Assembly (NCBI RefSeq): GCF_030684315.1
Contig: NC_081384.1
Span: 31,458,935-31,522,934 of the forward strand
Direction: 5' to 3'
Source: Stegostoma tigrinum
Lineage: Eukaryota
DNA: 64,000 nt
The notes under the pieces were generated by a model. That model searched no databases. It was not told the origin of the DNA and saw nothing but the letters and a program-made list of their open reading frames with translations. Below, piece by piece: positions 24,601 to 37,660 of this stretch. Positions within the stretch are counted from its first letter, which is position 1. Every line of letters begins with the position of its first letter. Made by a program: the position numbers and the translations under genes.

Positions 24601-26748
24601 TCTATATGCTAATGGATACTTACCTGAGGCCTTCAACCTTCCTTCATAAGACAAGCCTTCAGATTTTTAATTGAAAGAAACTTCTTCTCCATGAAAAGAG
24701 AAGTTTGGATCAGCAGTCTGATAGTTCAGAGGCTGGAGGAGTGGAGAAAGCTGATGGTGAGGTAGAATTTTGTTCTGAATGCAGATAAGTACTAACTGAA
24801 GTCAGATGATGCCACCACTCGGCAGTGTGTAGCTGCGAAATGCACCAGGGTGGTAGTGCCTCTGCCTTTGAGCATGGAGAACTAGTTTCAATTCATGCCT
24901 GCTCCAAATGTGTGTAACAACATCCATGGATAGGTTGATTATGAAGAGTGTAGATCCTGAGGAGATACCAGGAGGAACACGGTGAGATCAGGAAAAGAAG
25001 TCGCTGCGGGTGATTTGCTTGCTACAATTACATGGATCAGAGTAGAACGAGGCAATTACAATCGCAGCCAGCTGCTGGTGAAGGCTGGCCGACGATATGA
25101 TGTGATCAAACGTGTTAAAGGCTGCAGACAGTGTCGGACAGATAGTGGGGAAAGATTGCCATTGTGACAGTAACATTGATTTAATCAGTTACAGAGAAAA
25201 ATACATTCTCGTCAATACAGCAGCCATTATTGTATCCTGTTGCGGAGAATCCCATGCTCAAAAAATCCTTTTAACTTGTCCAGGTTACCAGATGTTTGAG
25301 CTAACCCCCATTATCTGGCTTTGATTTTCTATCAGGCATTTTCTTCTCACTGCTTTCGCAATCACCAGATTTCAGATTTCTTCCCTCAGACAGGGAGCAG
25401 ACAGACTATTTCTCATTCTCCCACACTCGTCCAAAACTCCTGTAACCACATTTCGTTTTTCGATTGACATTTCCACACCTCACCCATTGCTCGTCCTATA
25501 AAAATGTGGCAGCTTGGGCAGTGCCAGCTCCCAGAAGAGGCCAGATACACACGCGCGCCCCCCCCCCCCACAAAGACACACACACACACACACACACACA
25601 CCTGTTCAGTTTTAGCTGCCTCCAAAACTCGATCAGAAACTCAGCGGGTTTGCTCATTGTTAGATAGTTTGCAGTTTTGCTCCATTGTACTGTTGATAGT
25701 AAGTTGTTCTCCAGTATTTCTGTTGCTGATGTTGGTTGAATCAATGAACGTCTTCTCACAGGGGGGTCGCTTTCCCTGGCAATGTGTAAGTGAAAGATCT
25801 GCACTTAAAGCCAAGCCCCTGAACTTGGTGAAGCTTTCAAAAGGTTTACAGGTGAGTGGACACTGGACTGGAGTTTATTTTTAAATCTTCTGACAGGAGT
25901 TTTCTGGAAAGCATTTAAGATCAACAACTTTAGAATTTAAATATCAGGCCACCCACCGATTCAGAAAAGTGTCATGTGCTGTTTTCAGTCAGGTTTACTG
26001 AAATAAAGAGACCATTCAGTGAATTGTAACTATGTCAGGTTAATATACTCACCACACAGTCGAATCCAATTTCCAACTCCAGTTTTACAGAGTACAGAGC
26101 TAAGTGCAGATCCAGGTTCATTTTAAATGAGTTGAGGCTTTCTCAAGCACCAAGAAGTGCAGAGAATTCCAGGCACTCATCACACTCCATGTGACACCAT
26201 TCTTCCTCATATCCTCCCTAGTTCCTTCTAGCAGTTGGAATTAGATGAAATGGGAAACAGTTCTTTCTCTAAGATTCCTGTGTGTGTTTTTCTGAGGCCC
26301 AGGACAGGATCCAGATACTTCATCAAACCTTGTATCATATCAAGAAGATCTGCAGCATGAACGTGGGGTCGGTCACTTGGGCCCAGGACAAAATGGAAAA
26401 TGTCTGGCTTCTCCTTGATCGACAGTTCAGGGAAGTAGATGAATGTGTTAAGAGATCTGGAGCAGAGGTCAGACTGAGCAGAAACACCACCATTCACAAA
26501 TACTTCAGGAAACTGCGAAAGTTTCTCAAACAGAAGGTGGGACAATTGATCATTGACTGTACAATTACTGGCATTCAGTTCATTTCATTCCATTTAAAAT
26601 GTGTTCATTCTCTAATATCTCTTATCCCCTCAATGATTCCATATTTCAGAACTTCAACGACTGTTCCTGGGAAATAATCCGCGCTGAGACCAGAGCCTGT
26701 TTACAACAGTTGTTTGTCATTATGGCAGAAGTCGGCAGAAGAAATTAA
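21643..26748 (+). CDS. IFN1: Type I interferon, gene 4 (4 exons, about 184 aa)
   Basis: Exons 21643-21768, 25762-25851, 26297-26536, 26650-26748 (NFNDCSWEIIRAETRACLQQ...). The exon 3 acceptor is GAG, with an in-frame CAG 6 nt downstream. Intron 1 is 4 kb, so the exon1-exon2 join is inferred. Confidence 0.82.
22950..23850 (+). mobile_element. CR1-like LINE 3' end in intron 1 of gene 4
   Basis: [34 protein letters not shown] and YEEWLNRLGLDSLELRRMKGHLIE are typical CR1 ORF2 C-terminal motifs; a second decayed piece lies at about 22060-22600. Confidence 0.85.
25557..25601. repeat. Poly-C and (CA)n microsatellite
   Basis: Seen directly. Confidence 0.9.
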
Positions 26749-29460
26749 AAGAAAGGCGAAAGCCATGTCTAGTAGAGATGGAACAATTTGTTTTTTAAAT
26801 AGCCTGTCATATCTACAGTTCATGGTATCTTGACTGTTTTGTGATGACACTTCACCTGCATGGTAACTGATGGAGGGCAAATAGTATATCGCTGATAGTT
26901 TGTACTTGATCGTTTAATCAAAATTATCGCTGAGATATTTTCCTGTATTAACTATTTCACCAGGGAAATCTGAGAAGAATACTATTTCTGGCTCTTTCTT
27001 TATTGGCTGACAGCCTCTACAGTTCAAAGTCTCAACTGCGCTTTGTTCCATGCTAATATAAGGCCATTTACCCCATCAGTTCTCATGTGGTGCAGCATTT
27101 TTCATGTGACAGCCTTATCAAATGCCTTTTGGAAATCCATGTGCACTACATCTGCCAGATTCCCTTTGTCCAACTGTATTGGTTGATTTTCTAGAGGCCA
27201 TGTCTGGAACTGGCCTAACCAGCTGACTCCATTCTTGCTCCCCATCCTATCTGAATGGTGTTAATTTGATCACAAGGATACTGTCACACAATAAGAATTA
27301 CAATTTTCATACTTGGTATAAAATCAATGAGGACAAAAGGGCCTGAAGATTTTTCACTGACATTTTTAATACATATTGTCAATGAGAAGTCATTTTAGAG
27401 ATTTCATTTTTTTCTTGAAGAAGTATTATGTTTTATGCAAATGTAAAGCATTATTAATTATACAAAACTATTAGTTTGGATCAGTGATGACTCTCGAAGT
27501 CAGAATGTTATGTGTTTAAACCCCACCTGAAAGGTCACTTGTTATTTTCCTTTGAGCTTTTTGAAATTCTTCATCCCTGTTGCTGAGCTTTCAGTAACAA
27601 TCCTGCAGTGATAATGCTCCAGCAAGAACAGAGCTCTCATTTTCAAAGTATTCTCTGTCTAAAGTGTCCAGCCAATGACACCCGATCTCATCATTGGCTC
27701 ACACTGATGTTTCCCTCTGGTTCTCTAAATAGTCAACACTACTTTATTTAAATTTGTATTAATTTATTCCTGTTTATCATTTTGATCATGTTATGAACTG
27801 CTTCTGTTTTGTATTGTATGAACATTAAGTTCCAAAAGAAATAATTTATTAATATTTATTGAGAGTAAGCTCATATAAAATATTTTGTAAACTAGAAACT
27901 TTTGATACTGAATGAAGGTATGTTTGAGCAAATACATTTTTTGAAAATGATGCATTTATTGGAGTAATATTTATTTCTTGTCTGTGTCCATCAGTTTACC
28001 ATACTCACTATAGCTATTCTAGATTGCTTTACTTGCTGCTTGTTACTGATAATCCTTCTCTAGTCTACCTTCCTTTCTCCAACATATGATGTTCCCTTAC
28101 CAGGCAAAATATATGAATCCCATTGAATTTAATAAGCCTCAGTTTCTATCTACTGGATAGTATGACTGTTTTAGCCTCTCAGTAACACATCTGTATTCCT
28201 CCTCTGGATGAGAAGCTCATACTCAGGGAGACAACAAAAAGAGATGGGGTGATATAAATGGAATGGGGCCTTTATCTATAAGCGCATATTCTTTACAGCT
28301 TCAGGCTGATTAGCTCATTATAGACAATAACTTGCTAACTGTTCATCCTATAAGTTTAAGCACATTGGAAGTAAGAGTAGAAGTCTGAAACCTGTTAGCA
28401 ATGAGCCAACTTCAAAAGGCTACTTAAATTGTGGTTTACTTCTTCCCTCTCTTCCCTTAGTCCATTCATGATGTTTGATATCATTGTTTCAAACTGAATT
28501 TTCTACTTGTGTCCTCATTCGCAACAATAATCTATTCATTCTCTCTGCTCCATTGTTATTCTGAAAATATAACTTTATCGCTTCATTTACAACTTTATAC
28601 TGAGAAGAATTGTAATGTTGAACTTTTAACTTATTTCTTTATTTTTCTAATTTGTATCTATGATTTTCTACCTCGATATCTTGAATGGCTGTGAATGGCG
28701 ACATTTTAAACTTTTTTGCTGTCCTCCTGGATCTCTGTACTTGATTACATGTGACAATAAAACCCAATTCTCATTCTAATTCTGATCTTCTTTAGCCTTC
28801 CTTTTTATTGTTCTATTTTATATCCTCCATATGTTCACTTTTCATCTCACTGTGTAATACTGAGTTACAATGTGGATCATTGACATTTTATCAGATTCAA
28901 GTAATTCCTATATTCATTCAGTTTTATATAATCCTGGTATTTCACTGACTAATTTTTTTCATATTTTTAGCAAATATTTCCTTGCTTTGCCCACAGCCAA
29001 TTGATAAATATGCATTTTTAGTCTCCAAGAAAGGAAGCCTTTAGAAATGTCCATTTTAGGGTCTCATCAGCACAGTAACTGAAACTTTTGAATTAAGTTA
29101 GTACTGCTGCGTTGGGTTCATATGTTGGAGGGTTCTAATTTGCTCCACATTGGAGTGGAGACTGAATTTCTGGTGCAAAATTCTCAGTTGTCATTTAGAC
29201 ATATGCTTGTGCCTAATTATTCAGGTTTTGACTCCTCCATTACATTTTTTGCATTTTTACATTCATACTCCACAAAATCCTTTTGTTGTACAAGGCCATT
29301 TAAAATCATCCTTTCAACTTGGCTAGGGAGGACAGCTAAAATGCAACTACATTGCGATGCTTTCACAGTCACATGGAGGCCAGATTGAGTAAAGCCAGCA
29401 GTTTGCTGGACAACATCAAACAGTTATTATTTCTTTGCAGAATTTTTTTCTAAGTATGTT

Positions 29461-30050
29461 TGTAATGCTGGTACACGTTGAAATAACTCCACGAAGGTCG
29501 GTATCCTATCACCAAGTCACCCTTTATTTACACAAGCACAGCACATGGACTCAGACCAGCTAGCTCAGAGCCTGTCCCTAAAATGAGGAGAATCCCTGAC
29601 ACTCCAGTTTGTATCTGTCAGCCAGGCCTCCCTGATTGGATAAGCTTAACAGCCCCAATCAGAGAACTCATATTCTCTGATATCCATCTGGCTGACCTCA
29701 CTTCAATCATTACATTCTTCCCCCTCTAAGTCCTGGATTTTGGCCCATTCTTTTTACTGTAGTTTGTCCTGTGGCGTTTTTGCACTAGATCCGGTTCCTC
29801 CGACTCTGCCTCAGACACTGGCAATGTCTACTGTACAGTAGCCCACTTCCTGCATCCAGACTGACTGGGAAGGAATTCATCCTCTTCTTCAGGTAGTAAA
29901 GACGTCGAGGCAGTGACATCTGCCGTGGCCTTTTCAGATTCTGAGGTCTCTTTGATGCTTTGGAGGAGATGAACCCAATGGTTCTGACATACTCTTAGCC
30001 AGCCTAGGAGACTTTCCTTTGTTCTAAACTATTGTCCCCGGGGAAAAATA
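29461..30050 (-). mobile_element. LTR retrotransposon 3' LTR (29461-29714) with polypurine tract and adjacent internal fragment
   Basis: Termini TGTAATG...CATTACA; minus-strand AATAAA at 29528-29523; AGAGGGGGAAGAA PPT abuts the LTR at 29727-29715. Confidence 0.7.
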
Positions 30051-30589
30051 TGAAGACAAATCATGTCCAAAGCTGAGATTGTTGCTAGATAATCTACTTG
30101 GTTTTATGCTTAATTGACTTTTTCACTGTGGCTTAATGCAATAAAATGGATTAATAGGTCATTTCAGTGGATAACAAAGGCTCACAGTCATAAATAGGCC
30201 AGATTGAGCAAGGCCAGCAGTTTGCTGAAAATTTTGCTAAATATATTTATAATGCAGGCACAAATGATGATTCAGAATTTTTCAACTTCACAAGTAATAG
30301 AATAACTATTAACAACTGAAAAAGCTGAAATTGGATATCATTACTTTGTCGAAATGCCTGTAATTAAGATGTAAATGTATGCCATTTTAAGAGTTAATAT
30401 TTTGAATAAAACACAATAAAACAATTGACCCATCGTTTAGTTTAGCTGCACTATATAAAATTGCATTTTCCCAAGCAATGTCAAGAAAGCAGTTTACTGA
30501 GCAGAGACCATTTCTATACTAATCAGTGAATCTAATTATTAAACAACTAACAGACTGATTTCTCTTTAATTCAGCAAAGACATATGTTC

Positions 30590-31105
30590 AGGGTCAGCGG
30601 TGTGTCGCAAGGATTGGTGTTGGGTCCACTACTTATTGTCATTTATACAAATGATTTTGATGTGAATATGCAAAATTATGGTCAGTAAGTTTGAAGAATA
30701 CACCAATTGGTGGTGTAGTGGACAGTGAAGAAGGTTAACTCAGAGTACAATGGGACCTCGATCAGATGGGCCAATGGGACAAGGAGTGACAGAGGGAGTT
30801 TAATCTAAATGACTGTAAGGAGCCACATTTTGATCGGGCAAATCAGAACAGGACTTATACACTTAATGGTAAGATCTTGGGGAGTGTTGATGAACAAAGT
30901 GACCTTGGGGTGCGGGTTAATAGTTCCTTGAAACTGGAATTTAAAAGGCATCTGGATGGGTATATGAATAGGAAATATTTGGAGGCATATTAGCCAAATG
31001 CTGACAAATGGGACTAGATTAATTTAGGATATCTGTTCAGCATGGACGAGTTGGACCGAAGATTCTGTTTCTGTGCTGTACATTTCTATGACTCTAAGAC
31101 TCTAA
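30590..31105 (+). mobile_element. CR1-like LINE fragment
   Basis: SGVSQGLVLGPLL RT-like motif; short repeated GACTCTA tail. Confidence 0.75.
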
Positions 31106-34100
31106 GGTTGTTTGCTTGTCACTTAGAGGAACAAAAGGATTTGGAAGCTCAAGTACAAAAATTATTAATTATTAATGCTCAGGTACAAAAAGCAAAAAAA
31201 TAGTGCGAATGGAATGTTGCCTTCCACCCAACAACTTCCATGGCTGTTTTTGCCAGAAAAATAGTTGTGAACAGAGAACTAAGATTTTGCACATTCCTGC
31301 TGCACCACTACAAAATATTGAGGCCCCCCCCCATCATACAAAATTATTCACACTCTTTGGTTGCTGAGACATGACTTTGGATATGCTCATTCATATAATT
31401 GTACTTTGGACCAGTTTTTGGAAATGAGAAGTTATGGGAAAAGGATGGGAAACTGCCATGGGAAGGTTAATTTTTACTAATGCATCAAGCTAGTACTGCC
31501 TGGAATTCACTGCCTGAAAGAAGCAAATTCAATAGCAACTTGCCAAAGGCAATTCAATGCATTCTTGAAAACCAAACAAATCAAGGGCTAAGGCAAACAG
31601 AAATAAAATGGAATTGAGTAAATAACTCTTGAATAGAGCATATGGTACAAATAGGCCTTCTTCTGTACAGCAAAACTTTATGATTTTATGAATTTACTGT
31701 TTCATATACATGCGGTTCCCTTTCTATCTTGCAATTTTAATATTATTTTCTGAGCCCTTTTAAGGTCTTCCTACTCACCTGATTAAACACTTAGAATGAA
31801 ACAGTGAACTTTTGTGAATGTCTTTATATAAATCAGTACTGGAAAATGCATAAGGGTAATTTTTCTTGGCCTGTCCTTGGAATGCCATAGAATTGGAAGT
31901 CTTAGCCTCCATACTTTTGAAAGACTCAGTTAACTGCCTGCAACTTAGTTTAGCTTGTGTAATAATACTCCTGCTTTTTCTCAAATCTGTGTGCATCTCA
32001 GGAAGGTTCATGTTTCCTGAGTTTGGAAATTTGGTGGGAAATTGTCAAATCATCAACATGAATCAGTGCCTTACTGCAGGAAACAAAATGATTAACAAGC
32101 CAACACAAAGTTGGCCATTGGTAGTTGCTGTAATATATCTGGTGAACCGTGTGCATTCACGCTCAGTACACCTTTATCAGTGTGAATGTCCTCCAATACA
32201 TCTTTAAAATAACCATTGTCCATGTGGCCTAGATTTTGAGCTATTTCACTGCTTGAGCCATCACCCAGTACCGTCCTGATCCAATATAGGCAAAATTACT
32301 CACGTGTAGACTGGGTGGGATGTTGGCCAGTATATGGGATACTTAGTCAATTTTAAAGTGGTGAAGACAAAGGATAACCAGAATGATATCCTGGCTAGCT
32401 AAATCCAATGGATTCAATCCAACACTCTCATAGCCTCATTGAAATCAAAAGGACTTGAATCACTTAACTGTCTTGGGAAGTTATAACAATTATATTGTCA
32501 TTATGCGTGTTATTATATCAACATTTTTATTATTGTTGTTATTATGCTATTATATTAACATATCATTTATTATCAAATGGGAGAGCAGATTCAATGGGCC
32601 AAATGGCTTAATTCTGCTCCAAATCTTATAGTCTTACAGTGAACAGAAACACAGTGAGGTAGGTTGGCAAAAAAACTGATTAGATTTTTCAGATTGAGAT
32701 AACTGACAAAACAATGGGATCAAAAAATTGGATTGAGCTTGGCAAAGATGGTTCTATGCTACTGCAGGCCCAGCATATTTCCTGTGAAATATTAATTTGG
32801 GTTCTTCAATTCATGAAACTCTCTGCTGCGGTAAGAGAAGCCACTGATCTCTGCCCTATTCATTCCCCCGCCACCTGTTAGTTTCATGGTTACTTTCAGT
32901 CTTACTTTTGCTTTCAATTTCAGTTTAACTGCATGAGCAGAGTGGGATTTTTCATTGTGTGTAGTCAGTCAATGACAAACCTCCTGTGCAGATAGCTCAC
33001 CTGGTCAGGTCGGTAGTGCACACAGTTGATGTGATTTGACATAGAGAAACACTTGAAATTTTACGGGTTTCCCAACAAAGAGATCCCCCTGTTCAACATG
33101 AAATTGCAAACCTGACTGAGAATTGCCAGTGTGGGAAAATAGATAATTGCTCCAGCAGTGCAGTATGGATTCCTCATTATTTAATTTGTTCATGGATTTG
33201 ATTGACACTGGCAATGCCGGGACTCTTGAAATAAGTGGCTTGCTGGACCACTTTGGGGGAAAGTTAAGAGTCAACCACACTGCTATGGATCAGTAGTTTC
33301 ATGTAGGCCAGACTATTTGAACTTGGCAGATTTCTTTCCCTAAAGTGCGTTAGTCAATGGTATAGGCATTTACAATTGAGGCCAGTTTTGTTGTTGCTAT
33401 CACTGGCACTAGCTTTATATTGCAGATCGATTAATTTAATTTAAAGTCCACCGGCTGCTATGTTGGAATTTAAACCCGTGACCCCGGAATGCTAAAATGG
33501 TACTCCAGATTACTAGTCCAATGACATTACTCTACCACCAGAGTTCGGATTGAGGTGCACTTGCTGGATTCCCCATTGTAAATCCATCCAAGATGTCCCA
33601 CTTGAAAGTTGAGGGGAGGCAGGGAAATCTGTCATTGAAGCCTACCAACAGCTCATCACATCATCCTGGATTTTCCAGGACTGTACTCATGAAGAATGGT
33701 TCAGTTGGGGTATCACTCCTGCTTTCAATATCTAGATAATGGATCATGCGTTTCAGGACATAAATCTTCATTTTAGGAATTAGAGTTTTAATTGTAGGAA
33801 CATTCATTTAAAATAAGGAGCTTATTAGCCTTAAAAAGCTAAGACCCTGTTGAATCAAGAGTTTGGCAGCGAGGAACATAAAATTATAGCTAGGTTTACT
33901 TAGTTAGAAATCTGAAGGGTGATATATGCAATACTTGAAACAAGTGTAGTCTGGAGAAATGTTTTTGTTTTGAATGTTAGATAGTAGAAGTAGAGATGAA
34001 TTAGCTTTTTTCATGCATACATGGGATGTGGGCATCATGGGCAGCACTTGCATTTATTGTTCACTCTTAGTTGGCCTTGAGAAGGTAGTGGTGAGCTTCC

Positions 34101-35164
34101 TTCATGAACTGCTACAGTCCATTTTGTGTAGGTAGACACACAGTGCCATTAGGGACGCGGGGGTTTCAGCATTTTGACCCAGTGACACTGAACAGTCGGC
34201 GATATATTTCCAAATCAGGATGGTAAGCGAATTTAAAAGGATTCAGTGAAAACTGAAAGGTTGTGAAAACTTATTTGCTTCGTCAGGTCAAAGACAAAAT
34301 TGTAATGAGGAACCATTAACTTAAAGATCACTTTAAGACATCTTTGACAAAGCTATGATATCAGAAAAGGGAGTGGAGCTTAGGTAAGGTTTTAGGCTTC
34401 AATATTTTTCGGTATTTTTGTTGAGACAGTTATTTGCAGTTTAGACTTTGCAGATTTGCAGCTCACTAAGAACGATAGCTAAAGCAAATGATAGCTAGAT
34501 AGACATGTGCTGTAAATAAAGTAAAACACTAACATCATGATTAACTGTGTGAAAAGTGGGTGAGAATTAATCTTAGTTTGAAATTTGTGAGAGAAGTGGA
34601 AAGATGAGTTTAGTTTCAAACTAGTGGAAGAATCCATACTGTTCCAAAACAGAAAACAGTGAACAATAGTCATCTAAATTGGCTGGAAAATATTGAAAAA
34701 GTAATCAGAACAAAGGACTATTATATCAGAAGGGTAAATGCAAATTTAACATTGGAGCATTGCTGGACTTTCCCCAGTATAGTCTCCATAGGATTACAGC
34801 ACACACTTTTTAAAAAAGTGTCCATGTGATGTGGATATTTCTGGCTAGGCCACAATTTATTGCCCATCCCCAGTTAGTCTGGGGAAAGTAGTGGCCACCT
34901 GCTTTCTTGAACAATTGCTGACAATGTGATTTCTGGGCACCTAGACTTCAGTGAAGAGGTGAGTTCCTGGGTCTTGATCCAGTAACAGTAAAGGAACAGG
35001 AATTTACACCCCAGACAGGATGGTCTGTGATTTGGAGGTGAACTTGGCTTTGTTTCTTGACACTCACTCATTTTGTGCTTCTTTGGAGGCTGCCAGCCCC
35101 TGTTGCTTGCATTGCTATTTAGTGTAAAGGAAGAGGCAGCCACTTGTCATGTTTGGGAACACTG

Positions 35165-35392
35165 AACTTAAGAGGCATAAACAAAGTTGTTGGAAAAGCA
35201 GAGCAGGTCTGGCAGCATCTGTGGAGGAGAAAACAGAGTTAATGTTTCAGGTCCGAACTGTACTGAGGAAGGGTCACTGGATCCGAAACGTTAACTCTGT
35301 TTTCTCCTCCACAGATACCGCCAGACGTGCTGAGCTTTTCCAACAACTTTGTTTCTGTTCCTGATTTATAGCATCCGCAGTTCTTTTGGTTC
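35165..35392. mobile_element. Penelope-related palindromic short element, second subfamily
   Basis: Inverted arms; CTGAGGAAGGG...CCGAAACGTT core at about 35263-35292. Relatives at about 45045-45190, 48730-48815 and 63410-63545. Confidence 0.65.
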
Positions 35393-35939
35393 TTACTGAA
35401 CTCAAGGGGGTGGATATGTTGTTCTAAGGCATTGTGCAAGGTCAGAGATTGGGCCTCAGTCTGTCCTGCATGTGTTGCCATGCATTATCTACTCTTGTCC
35501 TTTGAGGTGGTCTCTACAGAACTAAACAGCTTGAAGATTGATATGTTCTATAAGAGTTTATTTGGGGGAGTTAAGAAGTAAACCTGAGTGTATATTAGAC
35601 CATTGTAAACCATGTTGTTAGATTAAGTGTGTTTGGGGTTTGATTAGTTTGCTGAATATACAATGAAGTCTATTGTTTAAAAAACGTGATGTCTTGTAGT
35701 GTAGTCCCATTAGCTAAAATGATTCAGATTTCTCTTTAGCTCTTAACATCTCCTAACTAGATCAAAATATTCTTCAAAATAGTCAGATCCACTGCAATTG
35801 ATGTCATAATTTCACAGTTCATTGATTAATTGATAATTATTGACAATAATAAAATATATATTTAACCACAAAACTCACAAGACCCTGTGAGTTTTAGCTG
35901 GGAAATTTGTGAAATGCTAATATTTCTAGGATGATTTGT

Positions 35940-37660
35940 ACTGGCATTCCCCAGGGGATGAGACCCTTCCATTTCCTAATTTATATTAACGATCTCGAGT
36001 TTGGAGTGCAGGGGAAAATTTCATTGTTTGCGGATGATACAAAATTTAAAAGCACTTCAAACTTTGAGGAGAATTTTATTGTGAGAGGGGAGTGGTACAA
36101 AAGGTTCCAAAGGGGCTATTTTTCACATACAGGGTGATGAGTGTCTGGAATGGATTCCCAGAAGTAGTGGTGGAGGCGAGTACAATTTTGTCATTTAAGA
36201 ACCATTTGGACAGGTAAATGGATGGGGTAGGTTTGAAGAGATGGTGACCAAATGAAGGTAAATGGGACTAGTTTAAATGTAAAAATTGGGCGGCATGAAA
36301 GAGTTGGGCCAAAGGGCCTGTTTCCATGCTGCAAATGTCTATTACACTATGACTCTATAATTTCAAAAGGTCATAGACAATATGACTGAATGGGCAGACA
36401 GGTGATAAGTGATGTTCAAGGCAGAGAATTACCAAGTGATACATTTTGGTCGAAGAATGATGAAGAAACAATATACAATAAAGACACTGCTCTCTAGAGT
36501 GTGCAAAACAAACAAACTTGGGAGAATACTGCTATATGCCATTAAAGGTAGTTGGATAGATGGAAAGATCAGTTAATAAGATATAACAAACCCAAGAAAT
36601 TATTGGTAGTGCCACAGTGACTTTGCAAGGAGATTATTTTGAACATGTATAAGAAACTGGCAAGCTATGTACAGTTCTAGGAATCACATTTTTGGAAGGA
36701 TGGGAACACATTGGAGGGCACAGAAAATGGGTCCCTGGAATAAGAAATTTTAGTTGTAAAGGTTAAGTGGAAAAGTTGAGACATTTTCCTTGGAGAGGAG
36801 AAGGCTAAGAGAAGATTGAATTTGATAAAGAAAGTCAGGTCAGAACAAACAGGGAGAAATTGTTTTTGCTTGTAAATGGAACAAAAATGAGAAGGTGCAG
36901 ATTTTAAATCCTTTGCAAAGCAAGAAAACTTTTCACAAAACAAACGTGCAGGTTATGTGGATTACCATGCTAAATTGTCCATAATATTCAGGGTTGTGCA
37001 GGCTTGGTGGATTAGCCATGGGAAATGTTGCGCAGGCATGGATTGGGTGGGTCTTGATGAAATGCTCTTTGGAGGACTGGTGTGGACTCAATGAGCTGAA
37101 TGGCCCGCTTCCACAATGTAGAGATTGAATGATTTATGATTCTAAGTAGTTTGGTTTAGCAAGGTATTGGATGGAAGTGTGACTGAGGCAGGCTCAATGG
37201 AGGCATTCACAAGGGGACTCGGTGCAACTTTAAATAGAGACAATGTCACTTGGGATCCACGGTGAGCCAATAACATGAAAACGGAATGGTAATTGAAGAT
37301 ACAGAGTAGCAGTAGGAGGCTGCTTTTTCTGATTAACTGCTGGTGTTCCACAAGGATGCTTAGTTGTTCTAACAGATTTGGAAGAGAAAGTAGGTGGTCT
37401 AACTCATACGTTTGTGGGTGACACAAAGATTAGGCCAGCTGCGGATAGTGAGGAAGATTCCCAGGGGATACAATAGGATATAGATAGGCTAGAAACTTCA
37501 GTGGAGAAATGGCAGATAGAATTTAATCTGGGCCAATGCAAGGTGATGCAGTTTGGAAAATCTCATGCAGGATGGAAGTATACATGAAATAATGGAACGA
37601 TTAAAAACATTACTGTACAGAGACATCTAGGCATACATGTTCACAGTTCCCCAAAAATAT
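35940..37660 (+). mobile_element. Nested CR1-like LINE fragments with a SINE piece (about 36945-37145)
   Basis: GIPQG...FLIYINDLEFGVQGKISLFADDTK RT motif; repeated LINE 3' tails. Confidence 0.75.
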
